64,000 bases of DNA. Source: a virus. The stretch covers positions 75,803 to 139,802 of the IMG/VR virus record IMGVR_UViG_3300045988_149468; one strand, 5' to 3'. The position numbers were made by a program, and so were the translations under genes. Every line of letters begins with the position of its first letter. Position 1 is the stretch's first letter. Below the pieces are notes generated by a model. That model was given only the letters and a program-made list of their open reading frames with translations, searched no databases and was not told where the DNA came from. Of the stretch, positions 54,390 to 62,755 are shown piece by piece.

Positions 54390-54866
54390 TTATAAATTTT
54401 TATATCTATAATCTAATATTGACTCATTAGGGATTATAGCTTTATTAATTTCTTCAGCTTCATTTATATATTTTTTAAAATAATTTATTAATTTCTTTAT
54501 GTCAACATCGAATTTACTATTTAATCTTAGCCATAATGGTATTAAATTTATTGAATTTTCATAAACAATGACATCTATATCCCATTTTTTAAATGCATCT
54601 TCAATATCTTTTTTATTAATTGGTAATCCATCTTTTGCACATTTTCTTCTTGTAATATTATATTCATTACCATCTAATAAAACACCAGCATCGTCATGTT
54701 TAATCCCCCACATAATCATAGCCTTCTTAACTTCCTTTAAATTTTCTTCAATTCCTTTTTTTATTTTAATTTCATATTCACTTCTCCCAAAATCAACATC
54801 ATTTAATATTTCTTGCGAAGTCCATATTGTACCTTGTAATATAACTAATAATTCACAATCTGTCAT
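54390..54866 (-). CDS. hypothetical protein
   Basis: SD aaggaggag before the ATG. Confidence 0.4.
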   Translation of the reverse strand: MTDCELLVILQGTIWTSQEILNDVDFGRSEYEIKIKKGIEENLKEVKKAMIMWGIKHDDAGVLLDGNEYNITRRKCAKDGLPINKKDIEDAFKKWDIDVIVYENSINLIPLWLRLNSKFDVDIKKLINYFKKYINEAEEINKAIIPNESILDYRYKNL

Positions 54867-54975
54867 TTTTTATCTCCTCCTTATAAATATAATTCTAAAT
54901 CTAACTAAAATTCTTAAAGTGGTGGTATGAATCGCACATAGGGATAGTATGACTTACTTCAAGTAGGTTAGTTAT

Positions 54976-55011
54976 AAATAGATAAATATAAATAGATAAA
55001 TATAAATAGAT
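54976..55011. repeat. tandem repeat, 2.6 copies of 14-bp AAATAGATAAATAT
   Basis: Exact copies at 54976-54989 and 54990-55003, partial copy at 55004-55011. Confidence 0.8.
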
Positions 55012-55033
55012 CTTTTCTCATTTTTTTCTTTAT

Positions 55034-55804
55034 TTATTTTAACCATTCTTCATAGGTACACATTCTTATATATAAATTCTTAGAATAAGTAATTTTTCCA
55101 TTTTCATTTATTTGTTTACCATATTTTTCAGTTATGCTTATATAATTTTCTTTAGCTAAATCTCTTAATAATTTACCTATACTTGTTAATGTTTTTTCAC
55201 TATTAATACTCAACCCCATAGCACTAGCTAATGATTTTCTAGTAATTCTGGTTTCATGTTTTGTATCACATCTATATTTTAATATCATATATATTTTAAC
55301 GATATTATGATTATGATTTGAAAATAAACTTTTTAAAATATCTTCTTCAACTAAAACATATTTTCTATTAAGTTTATTTTTATAATCTAATTTATATACT
55401 ATATTTCCATTTACTTCTTTCATCTTAATTAAGGAATTTAAATTAGCTATTTTTCTAATACCTTTTATTATAGTTTGTATTTTTCGATTGGTTAACAATT
55501 CTATCTCTTCTTTATTATTATATAAATCACTTTCAAACACATATCTATTTTGTTCTTTTGGATTTCTTTTGCTGTATGGCAATGGTACTATTATGGGTAT
55601 ATAATTTATAGCTTTATTCATCATATAAGCTTCATCAGTGGGTATAGCATATTTTAATATTTTATCTTCCTTCTCATTTTCTTCTGCATTTTCTATTATT
55701 TCAGTATTTGTTTTTTGATATTCGTCAATATCTTCACCCATACTTAATAATTCATCCATCATCATGTCATATTCCATCTGTCTGTTGTATTCTATATCAT
55801 CCAT
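55034..55804 (-). CDS. winged-helix DNA-binding protein (possible replication initiator or regulator)
   Basis: The C-terminal ITRKSLASAMGLSINSEKTLTSIGKLLRDLAKENYISI looks like a wHTH. Function is inferred. Confidence 0.3.
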   Translation of the reverse strand: MDDIEYNRQMEYDMMMDELLSMGEDIDEYQKTNTEIIENAEENEKEDKILKYAIPTDEAYMMNKAINYIPIIVPLPYSKRNPKEQNRYVFESDLYNNKEEIELLTNRKIQTIIKGIRKIANLNSLIKMKEVNGNIVYKLDYKNKLNRKYVLVEEDILKSLFSNHNHNIVKIYMILKYRCDTKHETRITRKSLASAMGLSINSEKTLTSIGKLLRDLAKENYISITEKYGKQINENGKITYSKNLYIRMCTYEEWLK

Positions 55805-55826
55805 AATATCACACCCTTATTAATTT

Positions 55827-56165
55827 CTATATTGATACAATTTCGATATCGTAGTTACTAAATAATCTTTCTACAATTTCCTTAAATTTATTATCGCCTT
55901 CAATATAAATGTCTTTTAAATTACCTTCTAATGCATTTCCAACTATCTTTTCTAATTCTTCCATTGTAGTATTTTTATTTATTACACATTCTCTTTTAAT
56001 ACCTAATATTTCATCAATTTGATCTTGTTTGTAAAATCTTCTATTTGTTGGACTTCTATAAGCTACTAATTTATTAGATTTCTCCCAATTAATAAGGGTT
56101 TTTGTTGTTACGCCTAAAATCTTAGCTACATCCTTTGGTTTGTAAATTGTTTCACTATTATTCAT
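55827..56165 (-). CDS. MerR/excisionase-type HTH protein
   Basis: YKPKDVAKILGVTTKTLINWEKSNKLVAYRSPTNRRFY. ATG 56165 follows SD ggagga. Confidence 0.55.
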   Translation of the reverse strand: MNNSETIYKPKDVAKILGVTTKTLINWEKSNKLVAYRSPTNRRFYKQDQIDEILGIKRECVINKNTTMEELEKIVGNALEGNLKDIYIEGDNKFKEIVERLFSNYDIEIVSI

Positions 56166-56292
56166 AATTAATTCCTCCATTCTTTGTTATAGGATAAATA
56201 ATTACCCTTATATTTATATAATTACCTATTTTTATATATTTTATACATTTATTTTCTATATTTTTACAAAATATTTTAGATATATAATATAT

Positions 56293-56925
56293 TTAATATT
56301 CCTTCTCTATTTCTTTCATCAATAAATATACTTTCAAATCTTTACTTACATTTTCATCACATAATACTTTTGCTAATGTGTAAACTCCTTTAGCTTTATT
56401 ATTATTCCAAGTTATAACCTCACCTTTTTCAAAAGATATATATCTTTTTTCACATTTACTCATTAATAATTCAGAAAAACTTTCACTATATCCTAATTTT
56501 ATTAATCTATTCACATAAACATCTTTTATATTAAAATTCAGATAATATGCTTCTTTATCCTCTAAATCAACATAATCTAATGATGAATACAATATATTAT
56601 CTAAATTATATAATGATATTAAATCTGAAGGAAGAATTTCACTTATAAACTTAATTTTCTTAGAAAATAATATTGGATTATCTTTTTCAGATTCTAATGC
56701 TAAACATTCAACTTGAAAATATTTATTATTTTTCTTTGTACCAAGTGGAAAATCTTTTAATACATCTTTCATATCAGTATATACTTTGACAGGTTGCTTA
56801 CTTTCATATTCATTGTTAATGATTGAATACACATTCCTAAATACAAAATTACCATCATAAAAATTACAACTTAAACCTTTATATCCTTTTATCCAAACAT
56901 ATTCTTCTTTTTTCAAATTTATCAC
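56293..56925 (-). CDS. hypothetical protein
   Basis: Co-oriented ORF. Confidence 0.4.
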   Translation of the reverse strand: MINLKKEEYVWIKGYKGLSCNFYDGNFVFRNVYSIINNEYESKQPVKVYTDMKDVLKDFPLGTKKNNKYFQVECLALESEKDNPILFSKKIKFISEILPSDLISLYNLDNILYSSLDYVDLEDKEAYYLNFNIKDVYVNRLIKLGYSESFSELLMSKCEKRYISFEKGEVITWNNNKAKGVYTLAKVLCDENVSKDLKVYLLMKEIEKEY

Positions 56926-56930
56926 CCCTC

Positions 56931-57626
56931 CTAAAATTCCATTTCATCTACTTCTAAACACCATTCTCTGTCAATTATGTATTCTTCTCCCTCATACTTT
57001 ATTGTAGCTTCAAATTGATTAACTGGGTCGACAATCATACCATCACATAATTCTAGTGGTTTATATTTTTTTAATAATCTTTTCTGGATAGGAATTAGAT
57101 CCCATGCCAATTCATAATTCTTACCATTTTCAAATGTTTCTATTGCAGTAGCAAATCTTCTTGGGATTTCATGTACAATACCATCACAATCTTCTACAAT
57201 AGCTTTATTCTCATTAACTCTTGTCAATGCTTTATTTTCATCTATTTTAAACATCCAACCCTCTAAATCTTCATTAGGTACATTCATTATATCAAATACA
57301 TAGGTATATCCTTTGATATATTTTGTAAAATATGGATCTTCTTTAATTGAATTTGTAAAGCAATTATCTATTTTCTTTATAATGTCTTCAATAATAAGCT
57401 TTTCTTTATAAACGTTCCCTTCTTTTCTACTAGTAGGATCTACTTCAACTAAATTACATTGTCTTGGAAACACTATGTATTCTTCACTATTGACTTTTAT
57501 TTTGCCTAAGTTTTCAGATTCTACTTCAACAATTAAACCATCACATAATTCAGTCCATTTTCCACCATTAGTTAATTCTTTATTAAATCTATACATCTTA
57601 TTCATATCAAAAATTTCTGTATTCAT
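56931..57626 (-). CDS. hypothetical protein with three internal CDG[LMI]V repeats
   Basis: ELCDGLIVEVE...EEYIVFPRQCNLVEVD, EDCDGIVHEIPRR, and ELCDGMIVDPV...EEYIIDREWCLEVDE. ATG 57626 follows SD aggaggg. Confidence 0.4.
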   Translation of the reverse strand: MNTEIFDMNKMYRFNKELTNGGKWTELCDGLIVEVESENLGKIKVNSEEYIVFPRQCNLVEVDPTSRKEGNVYKEKLIIEDIIKKIDNCFTNSIKEDPYFTKYIKGYTYVFDIMNVPNEDLEGWMFKIDENKALTRVNENKAIVEDCDGIVHEIPRRFATAIETFENGKNYELAWDLIPIQKRLLKKYKPLELCDGMIVDPVNQFEATIKYEGEEYIIDREWCLEVDEMEF

Positions 57627-57749
57627 ATTATTCCCTCCTAATAAAATCAATCTTTTATTTTATTGTAATTCGCACCTCACATAATACTATTTTAAGGCTG
57701 TCAACTCGATTATAAGGTGTTTCAGTTTGTTATTAAACTAATTTAATCA

Positions 57750-57857
57750 TTATAATTCCATTAATGCTATTATAATTAGGAATACTAATAATGTTGGTAT
57801 AACAAACATTGCTGTAAGTAATATTACCATTAGTAATCCAATTAAAAATTTTAACAT
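57750..57857 (-). CDS. small membrane peptide (35 aa)
   Basis: SD agtagga before ATG 57857. Sequence MLKFLIGLLMVILLTAMFVIPTLLVFLIIIALMEL. Confidence 0.3.
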   Translation of the reverse strand: MLKFLIGLLMVILLTAMFVIPTLLVFLIIIALMEL

Positions 57858-57871
57858 TATAATTCCTACTA

Positions 57872-58465
57872 TTAATTTAATGAATTTCTCATTTTATCAA
57901 TTTTTTTTAATAATTTTTCTTTTACTTTAATATCTTCATTATAATATGGCTTATTATATCTTGATGCATTTTCTCTTTCTCTTACTTTTTTTTCTCCACT
58001 ATCTACATAAGATAACATTCTTTCTATTATCATTTGATATGTTTTATAAAATCCATAATTCTTTTGATTTTCTATTTTTATTAATCTTCTTTTGGTAAAT
58101 TCTGATTTTGCATTATGTAAAAGATTTAATTGTTCATCTATTGATAATTCGTTTAAATTTGTTTCTTCTATATTATGGTATATACGGTCTTTAATTCTGT
58201 TAAATTCGTCTTCTTTTTCATTTAATTCTATTTGGTATTTCCCTAATTCTTCTAAAGCATCTAATAAATTTTTAAATAAAGTATCAAATGAATGATTAGA
58301 ATTTTCTTTTACAAATTGTATTTGATCCTCTTTGTACATTGTAATTTTACATGGGATAGATTTATATTCTTCTTTAATTTCTTTATATTCATTTATTGCT
58401 TCTTGATAAGTTTCTGCTGATACTGTGAATTCACCATATTTTAATTCTATTTTAATAAGATACAT
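57872..58465 (-). CDS. hypothetical protein, tandem paralog of 58495..59088
   Basis: Same length (197 aa). Shares KYG.F....T.Q.AI.EYKEIKE..K..P..IT.Y and a C-terminal PYY.E....K pattern. Confidence 0.45.
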   Translation of the reverse strand: MYLIKIELKYGEFTVSAETYQEAINEYKEIKEEYKSIPCKITMYKEDQIQFVKENSNHSFDTLFKNLLDALEELGKYQIELNEKEDEFNRIKDRIYHNIEETNLNELSIDEQLNLLHNAKSEFTKRRLIKIENQKNYGFYKTYQMIIERMLSYVDSGEKKVRERENASRYNKPYYNEDIKVKEKLLKKIDKMRNSLN

Positions 58466-58494
58466 TTTATTATCCCCCTTATTAATTAATATAT

Positions 58495-59088
58495 TTATGA
58501 ATTTAATTTTAAATCTTTTAATATTGTTATTCTTTTTCTTTTAATGTTTTCATGTTCTTTATAGTACGGTTGACGGTAAGCTTTATTTGTTCCTTCGTGT
58601 AATTTGCTAGCTCTTGATTCTTTAAAATTTTTCAATATTTCTATGATTTTAACATTTGCGTTATGAAATGAATAAAAACATCTATTACCTTCTTCTGTTA
58701 CTCTACGTTGTGTTAATTGTTTCTTTAAATCGAATAACACATCTTCATTTAATTCATTCATATCCATCATCTCTATATCATGATAGGATTTGTTTTTAGC
58801 TTGATTGTATTGTTTTTCTAGTTCTGTCATTTTAGCAGACGCTTCATTTATTCTAATTAATACATCAATTAATTCGTTATATAATTTATCAAAATTACAA
58901 TCCAATTTAGTTTTTGTTGTAAATTGTTCTATTTGTTTTTCTGTATTATATAATGTTATAGTTGCTGGAGTATTTTTGAAATCTTCTTTAATTTCTTTAT
59001 ATTTTTCTATTGCCATATTATAATCATCAGTCCCATCTATATTATATTTCCCATACTTCATTTCAACACTTATTTTGTATTTACACAT
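58495..59088 (-). CDS. hypothetical protein, tandem paralog of 57872..58465
   Basis: See the paralog entry. Confidence 0.45.
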   Translation of the reverse strand: MCKYKISVEMKYGKYNIDGTDDYNMAIEKYKEIKEDFKNTPATITLYNTEKQIEQFTTKTKLDCNFDKLYNELIDVLIRINEASAKMTELEKQYNQAKNKSYHDIEMMDMNELNEDVLFDLKKQLTQRRVTEEGNRCFYSFHNANVKIIEILKNFKESRASKLHEGTNKAYRQPYYKEHENIKRKRITILKDLKLNS

Positions 59089-59161
59089 CTTATTTTCCCC
59101 CTTATTAATTTCTATGTTTATAATATTTTTACTAAAAATTTTTATTAATTATTATATTTAT

Positions 59162-59190
59162 ATTATATCCTATAAAACTGTTTTTGTCAA
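59162..59190 (-). promoter_or_regulatory. sigma-A-type promoter, cassette with split leader
   Basis: TTGACA, 17 nt, TATAAT, then ataaatataataattaataaaaa. About 30 nt later comes a second element, aacatagaaattaataaggggg. Confidence 0.6.
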
Positions 59191-59278
59191 CAAATTTCAT
59201 AGGAGGTTATAAATTTTATTAATTGTAATAAATTAGCATTAAAACTTTTAACAAAATCTATTTATCAATCAACTTAAA

Positions 59279-60487
59279 TTATAAGTTTACTTTGAATGGG
59301 TGTAACCCTACGCCCTCTATTCCATCAGCAAACACTTTAGGAAATACTTTTTTAATTATTTGATAAGAACCATTTACATCAGCATTAATTTTTGTTCCAT
59401 TATTACTTATGAATAAGCCTCTATATTTTCTTCTACTTTTATTATAATTTTCTTTTATTGGTAACTCACTATCTAAAAATGAAGTACCACTCGTATAACT
59501 TTCTTCAGTAATAATAACTTTTATTCCAAATTCTTCAGCTTTATATTGTACTTTTTGTATAAAATTATAATAAGGTATACTAATAAAGTTTTGATTTACT
59601 TTTTTATTCATTTTACTGTTTTGTTTCCAATTCTTGTTATTGCCTATTATAATAGTATTAATTTTATTATTTTTACAATAATCAACTAAAAATCTACTAG
59701 CTTTATGTACAAAATCATCTACTTTGTTATTTCTTTTAAATGTTAATTTTCTCATTTTATTAGTACAATCTAGTTTATTAACTCTTTTTGCTATTGATTT
59801 ATAATGAGATATTTGTTTATTATAATATTGATTTATTGATTTTAGACCTTTACCATTTATTACTAAAGGAATTAATCCACAATTATTAGTTATGGTTGCA
59901 AAGTTATCTAAACCTAAATCAATTCCAACATATCTCCCATTATCAACCAATGGTTCAACATCTTCAATTTTATAAACTATTTCAATAACTAAATACTTAT
60001 CTTTAGAAATTATTCTGACTTGTTGCAGTCCATTTCTTATTTTAGTTTTAATTAATAATCCCTTGAATTTTTTAGGAAATTTAATATATCCATTTTTGAT
60101 TTTACAGTTTTGATTAGTTAATATCAATATGTTCCTGCCATTTTTGGGTCTATACTTAGGTAGTTTAGGTCTACCTAAGTATTTACTTGGATTATTGTTA
60201 TAATCTTTTATACTAGCAAAGAATGATTTCCAATTTTTATCTAATAATTTTAAACATTGTTGAGCAGAACTACCTAATGGCATATTTTTATAATCATAAT
60301 TATTATCTTCTTTCTTCAATATTTTATCTAACTCATTATATCTGATCCATTTACCATTATTTATAAATTCTTGTCGTATTATATAATTAGCATAATTGTA
60401 TAGATTTTTACTTTTAAAACAATATTCATCTAACATTTTGTAATATTTATTATTTGATTTTATAATATGTTTTTCTACTCTATTCAT
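59279..60487 (-). CDS. tnpB: TnpB-like protein (IS1341/IS605 OrfB family) lacking the CxxC zinc finger
   Basis: GIDLGLDNF (RuvC-I), ITEESYTSGTS (RuvC-II), RGLFISNNGTKINADVNGSYQIIKK (RuvC-III). No Cys pairs lie between motifs II and III. Confidence 0.75.
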   Translation of the reverse strand: MNRVEKHIIKSNNKYYKMLDEYCFKSKNLYNYANYIIRQEFINNGKWIRYNELDKILKKEDNNYDYKNMPLGSSAQQCLKLLDKNWKSFFASIKDYNNNPSKYLGRPKLPKYRPKNGRNILILTNQNCKIKNGYIKFPKKFKGLLIKTKIRNGLQQVRIISKDKYLVIEIVYKIEDVEPLVDNGRYVGIDLGLDNFATITNNCGLIPLVINGKGLKSINQYYNKQISHYKSIAKRVNKLDCTNKMRKLTFKRNNKVDDFVHKASRFLVDYCKNNKINTIIIGNNKNWKQNSKMNKKVNQNFISIPYYNFIQKVQYKAEEFGIKVIITEESYTSGTSFLDSELPIKENYNKSRRKYRGLFISNNGTKINADVNGSYQIIKKVFPKVFADGIEGVGLHPFKVNL

Positions 60488-60535
60488 GTTATTTTCACCT
60501 CCTTTCTTTTATTAATTTTTATATAATATATTTTT

Positions 60536-60799
60536 TTAAAATAATTTAAATCTTAAATATTGCATGACCATAAATAAACCATCAGATTTATATTCATTAT
60601 ATATATTTGTAAATTCTTCTTTTGTTACTCTTTTTCTGTTTTTGTAAAATATATCTGTCATACTTGTGTCTATCTTTTGTTCAAACAATCTTTCTAATAT
60701 TTCTTTTATTTCTGATTTTACAATATCTTTTTCAAATAAAGCATTTATACTTTCTTCCACATTTACCCCTTCACCAACTTGTAATTTTTTAATTATCAT
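60536..60799 (-). CDS. hypothetical protein
   Basis: Co-oriented ORF with SD gaggggg. Confidence 0.4.
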   Translation of the reverse strand: MIIKKLQVGEGVNVEESINALFEKDIVKSEIKEILERLFEQKIDTSMTDIFYKNRKRVTKEEFTNIYNEYKSDGLFMVMQYLRFKLF

Positions 60800-60825
60800 T
60801 AGTTATCCCCCTCGTTAATTATTAT

Positions 60826-61680
60826 TTATTTTATTAGATCTTTATCAAAAATTTCACGATAAGTTCTATAAAATTCTATTGCATTCATCTTTATGTTGTT
60901 ATCTTTAAAATATCTTTCTATTTTGGACAAAGTCCATTCGATATTTTCTGAAATTTCTTTTTCATGTAAAGTGTATAGTATTCCACTTTTCACAAGATTT
61001 CTAGCAGATAACATTATATTATCTCCGTATTCCTCGTCATAATATTTCGATAATTTCATTAGTCTTTGCTGGATACTGCAAAGAGACATAATGTTCATAC
61101 CATTATTATTACTTTTTATACATCTTGATTTTAGCAAATATGGATTTTCCATGTTAAACTCCATATATGAATACTTTCCATTCTTATAAGTTTGATAAGC
61201 ATACGCTAATCTTGTTCCCCTTACATACTTTTGCATGACTTCGTCACATATAAATTTTTTACCATTTATTATTATATAACTATCATCTCTTGCTATGTCG
61301 GAAAGTTTAATTTTTCTTAAATCAATTAGTTCTTTTCCAGATATACCATGCCACAAAGCATACACTATAAATCTGTCCATAGAATTTGAAAAAGTATTAC
61401 ATAGATTTATTACTTCTTCTTTTGTGAATAAATTTTTTTCATCTGATTTTACACATTCGTTAACATATTTAGTGCTATCGAATTGATAATTAATATTTAG
61501 ATCATTTTTCAAGATATCGTTATATATTTTGATATTTGTATAAAATGAACTCCTATTAAATGTTTTCAGATATTTGTATATAAAATCTTCTAATGTGTTT
61601 GTTGTTATTTCCTTAAAATGTCCTAGATAATCTATTAAATATCCTTTAGTTCTTTCCCTTTTCACATCGTAATCTTTCAT
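60826..61680 (-). CDS. recombinase-like protein lacking recognisable catalytic residues
   Basis: FIVYALWHGISGKELIDLRKIKLSDI resembles the Arg-I box region of tyrosine recombinases, but no Arg, HxxR or terminal Tyr box is visible. ATG 61680 follows SD aaggagg. Confidence 0.3.
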   Translation of the reverse strand: MKDYDVKRERTKGYLIDYLGHFKEITTNTLEDFIYKYLKTFNRSSFYTNIKIYNDILKNDLNINYQFDSTKYVNECVKSDEKNLFTKEEVINLCNTFSNSMDRFIVYALWHGISGKELIDLRKIKLSDIARDDSYIIINGKKFICDEVMQKYVRGTRLAYAYQTYKNGKYSYMEFNMENPYLLKSRCIKSNNNGMNIMSLCSIQQRLMKLSKYYDEEYGDNIMLSARNLVKSGILYTLHEKEISENIEWTLSKIERYFKDNNIKMNAIEFYRTYREIFDKDLIK

Positions 61681-61720
61681 TTTAACCTCCTTACCCCTCA
61701 TAATTAGAGGGATATTATTT

Positions 61721-62665
61721 TTACTTAACCTTTTTATTATTAATCTCTATATTTTCATTTTTCTTATTATTAAAGTATGGGTTATTATCCCAAATATCAT
61801 CGTCAGCAGTTTGTGGATGATAATAAAAAGAAAAACAAGTGTTCATATTACTATGACCCATCAATTTACTGACTTTTTCTATTGGTACACCTGATTCAAC
61901 TAATGCTGTTCCAAAACCATGTCTGAATAAGTGTGTATGCATATTATCTATACCTATTCTTTCACCATATTTCTTGAACACATCATTTAAATTTGCTGAA
62001 TACATATGTTTTCCATTTTTACTTACTAATAAATAATCCTCTTCAGTATCAATTTGATTTCTATAATAAAGATAGTTATGATATAAACTAAGTAATTCTT
62101 TATTCAGTTTAATTTCCCTACTTTTAGAATATTTACCAGTTGTTGTGAAAACACCAGTTGTAAAGTTTATATCGTTCATTTTAATATCTCTTATTTCTTG
62201 TGATCTTAATCCAGTTCCTACAGTTAAACTAAGGATAAAATAATTTCTCATTGTAAGAAAATTTGGATTTTCTTCATAATCTAGTTTAGCTTCATTAATC
62301 ATATTTTTTATATCCCTTGGATCAATAGCTTTATCTGTTTGTTTTATTTTATATCTTTTTAAATCACTTGCTGGATTATAATCTATTAATCTTCTACCTT
62401 TTAGATAATTTAAAAAACTTTTAATAGAAACAATTCTAAGATTTAATGATTGACCACTAAGATTATCTATATCTCTTTTAACATTTAACCAATCTTCTCT
62501 CATAGTAACATAATCTAGTTCTTTTATATCATCTAATGTTTTTATGTGTAAATATTTAAAACATTCTTTTATATTTTTTAAATATTTACTTACTGTTTTT
62601 TCATATGATCTTTGTTCAGATATTACTAAGTATTCGGCATATTCATTTAATAATTTTTCTAACAT
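61721..62665 (-). CDS. tyrosine recombinase (XerC/D-like), second copy
   Basis: GTGLRSQEIRDIKMNDI, TGKYSKSREIKL, HTHLFRHGFGTAL (HxxR), MGHSNMNTCFSFYYH (His/Tyr). Confidence 0.8.
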   Translation of the reverse strand: MLEKLLNEYAEYLVISEQRSYEKTVSKYLKNIKECFKYLHIKTLDDIKELDYVTMREDWLNVKRDIDNLSGQSLNLRIVSIKSFLNYLKGRRLIDYNPASDLKRYKIKQTDKAIDPRDIKNMINEAKLDYEENPNFLTMRNYFILSLTVGTGLRSQEIRDIKMNDINFTTGVFTTTGKYSKSREIKLNKELLSLYHNYLYYRNQIDTEEDYLLVSKNGKHMYSANLNDVFKKYGERIGIDNMHTHLFRHGFGTALVESGVPIEKVSKLMGHSNMNTCFSFYYHPQTADDDIWDNNPYFNNKKNENIEINNKKVK

Positions 62666-62694
62666 TTTAATTTCCCCTTTCCTTATTAATTAAC

Positions 62695-62723
62695 TTGACT
62701 TATAATTTATTAATTTTTATATT
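62695..62723 (+). promoter_or_regulatory. candidate rightward promoter facing the recombinase promoter
   Basis: TTGACT, 17 nt, TATATT on the + strand. Confidence 0.4.
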
Positions 62724-62726
62724 TAT

Positions 62727-62755
62727 ATAATACTACATTAATTAATATAAGTCAA
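62727..62755 (-). promoter_or_regulatory. promoter of recombinase gene 61721..62665
   Basis: Minus strand TTGACT, 17 nt, TATTAT, then ataaatataaaaattaataaa and a second element ttaattaataaggaaagggg. Confidence 0.55.

Noticed and set aside
9437-57650. N-terminal extensions in several track ORFs (for example 9437..9799, 10703..11026, 14688..15233, 26728..26964, 27130..28020, 33536..34639, 34704..35846, 37868..38284, 39120..39347, 47195..47740, 50023..50247, 51531..51860, 55827..56180, 56931..57650, 60826..61701)
   Set aside because: The extensions read through promoter or leader motifs or overlap upstream genes. An internal ATG/GTG/TTG with a well-spaced GGAGG-type SD gives a better start, so trimmed coordinates are reported.
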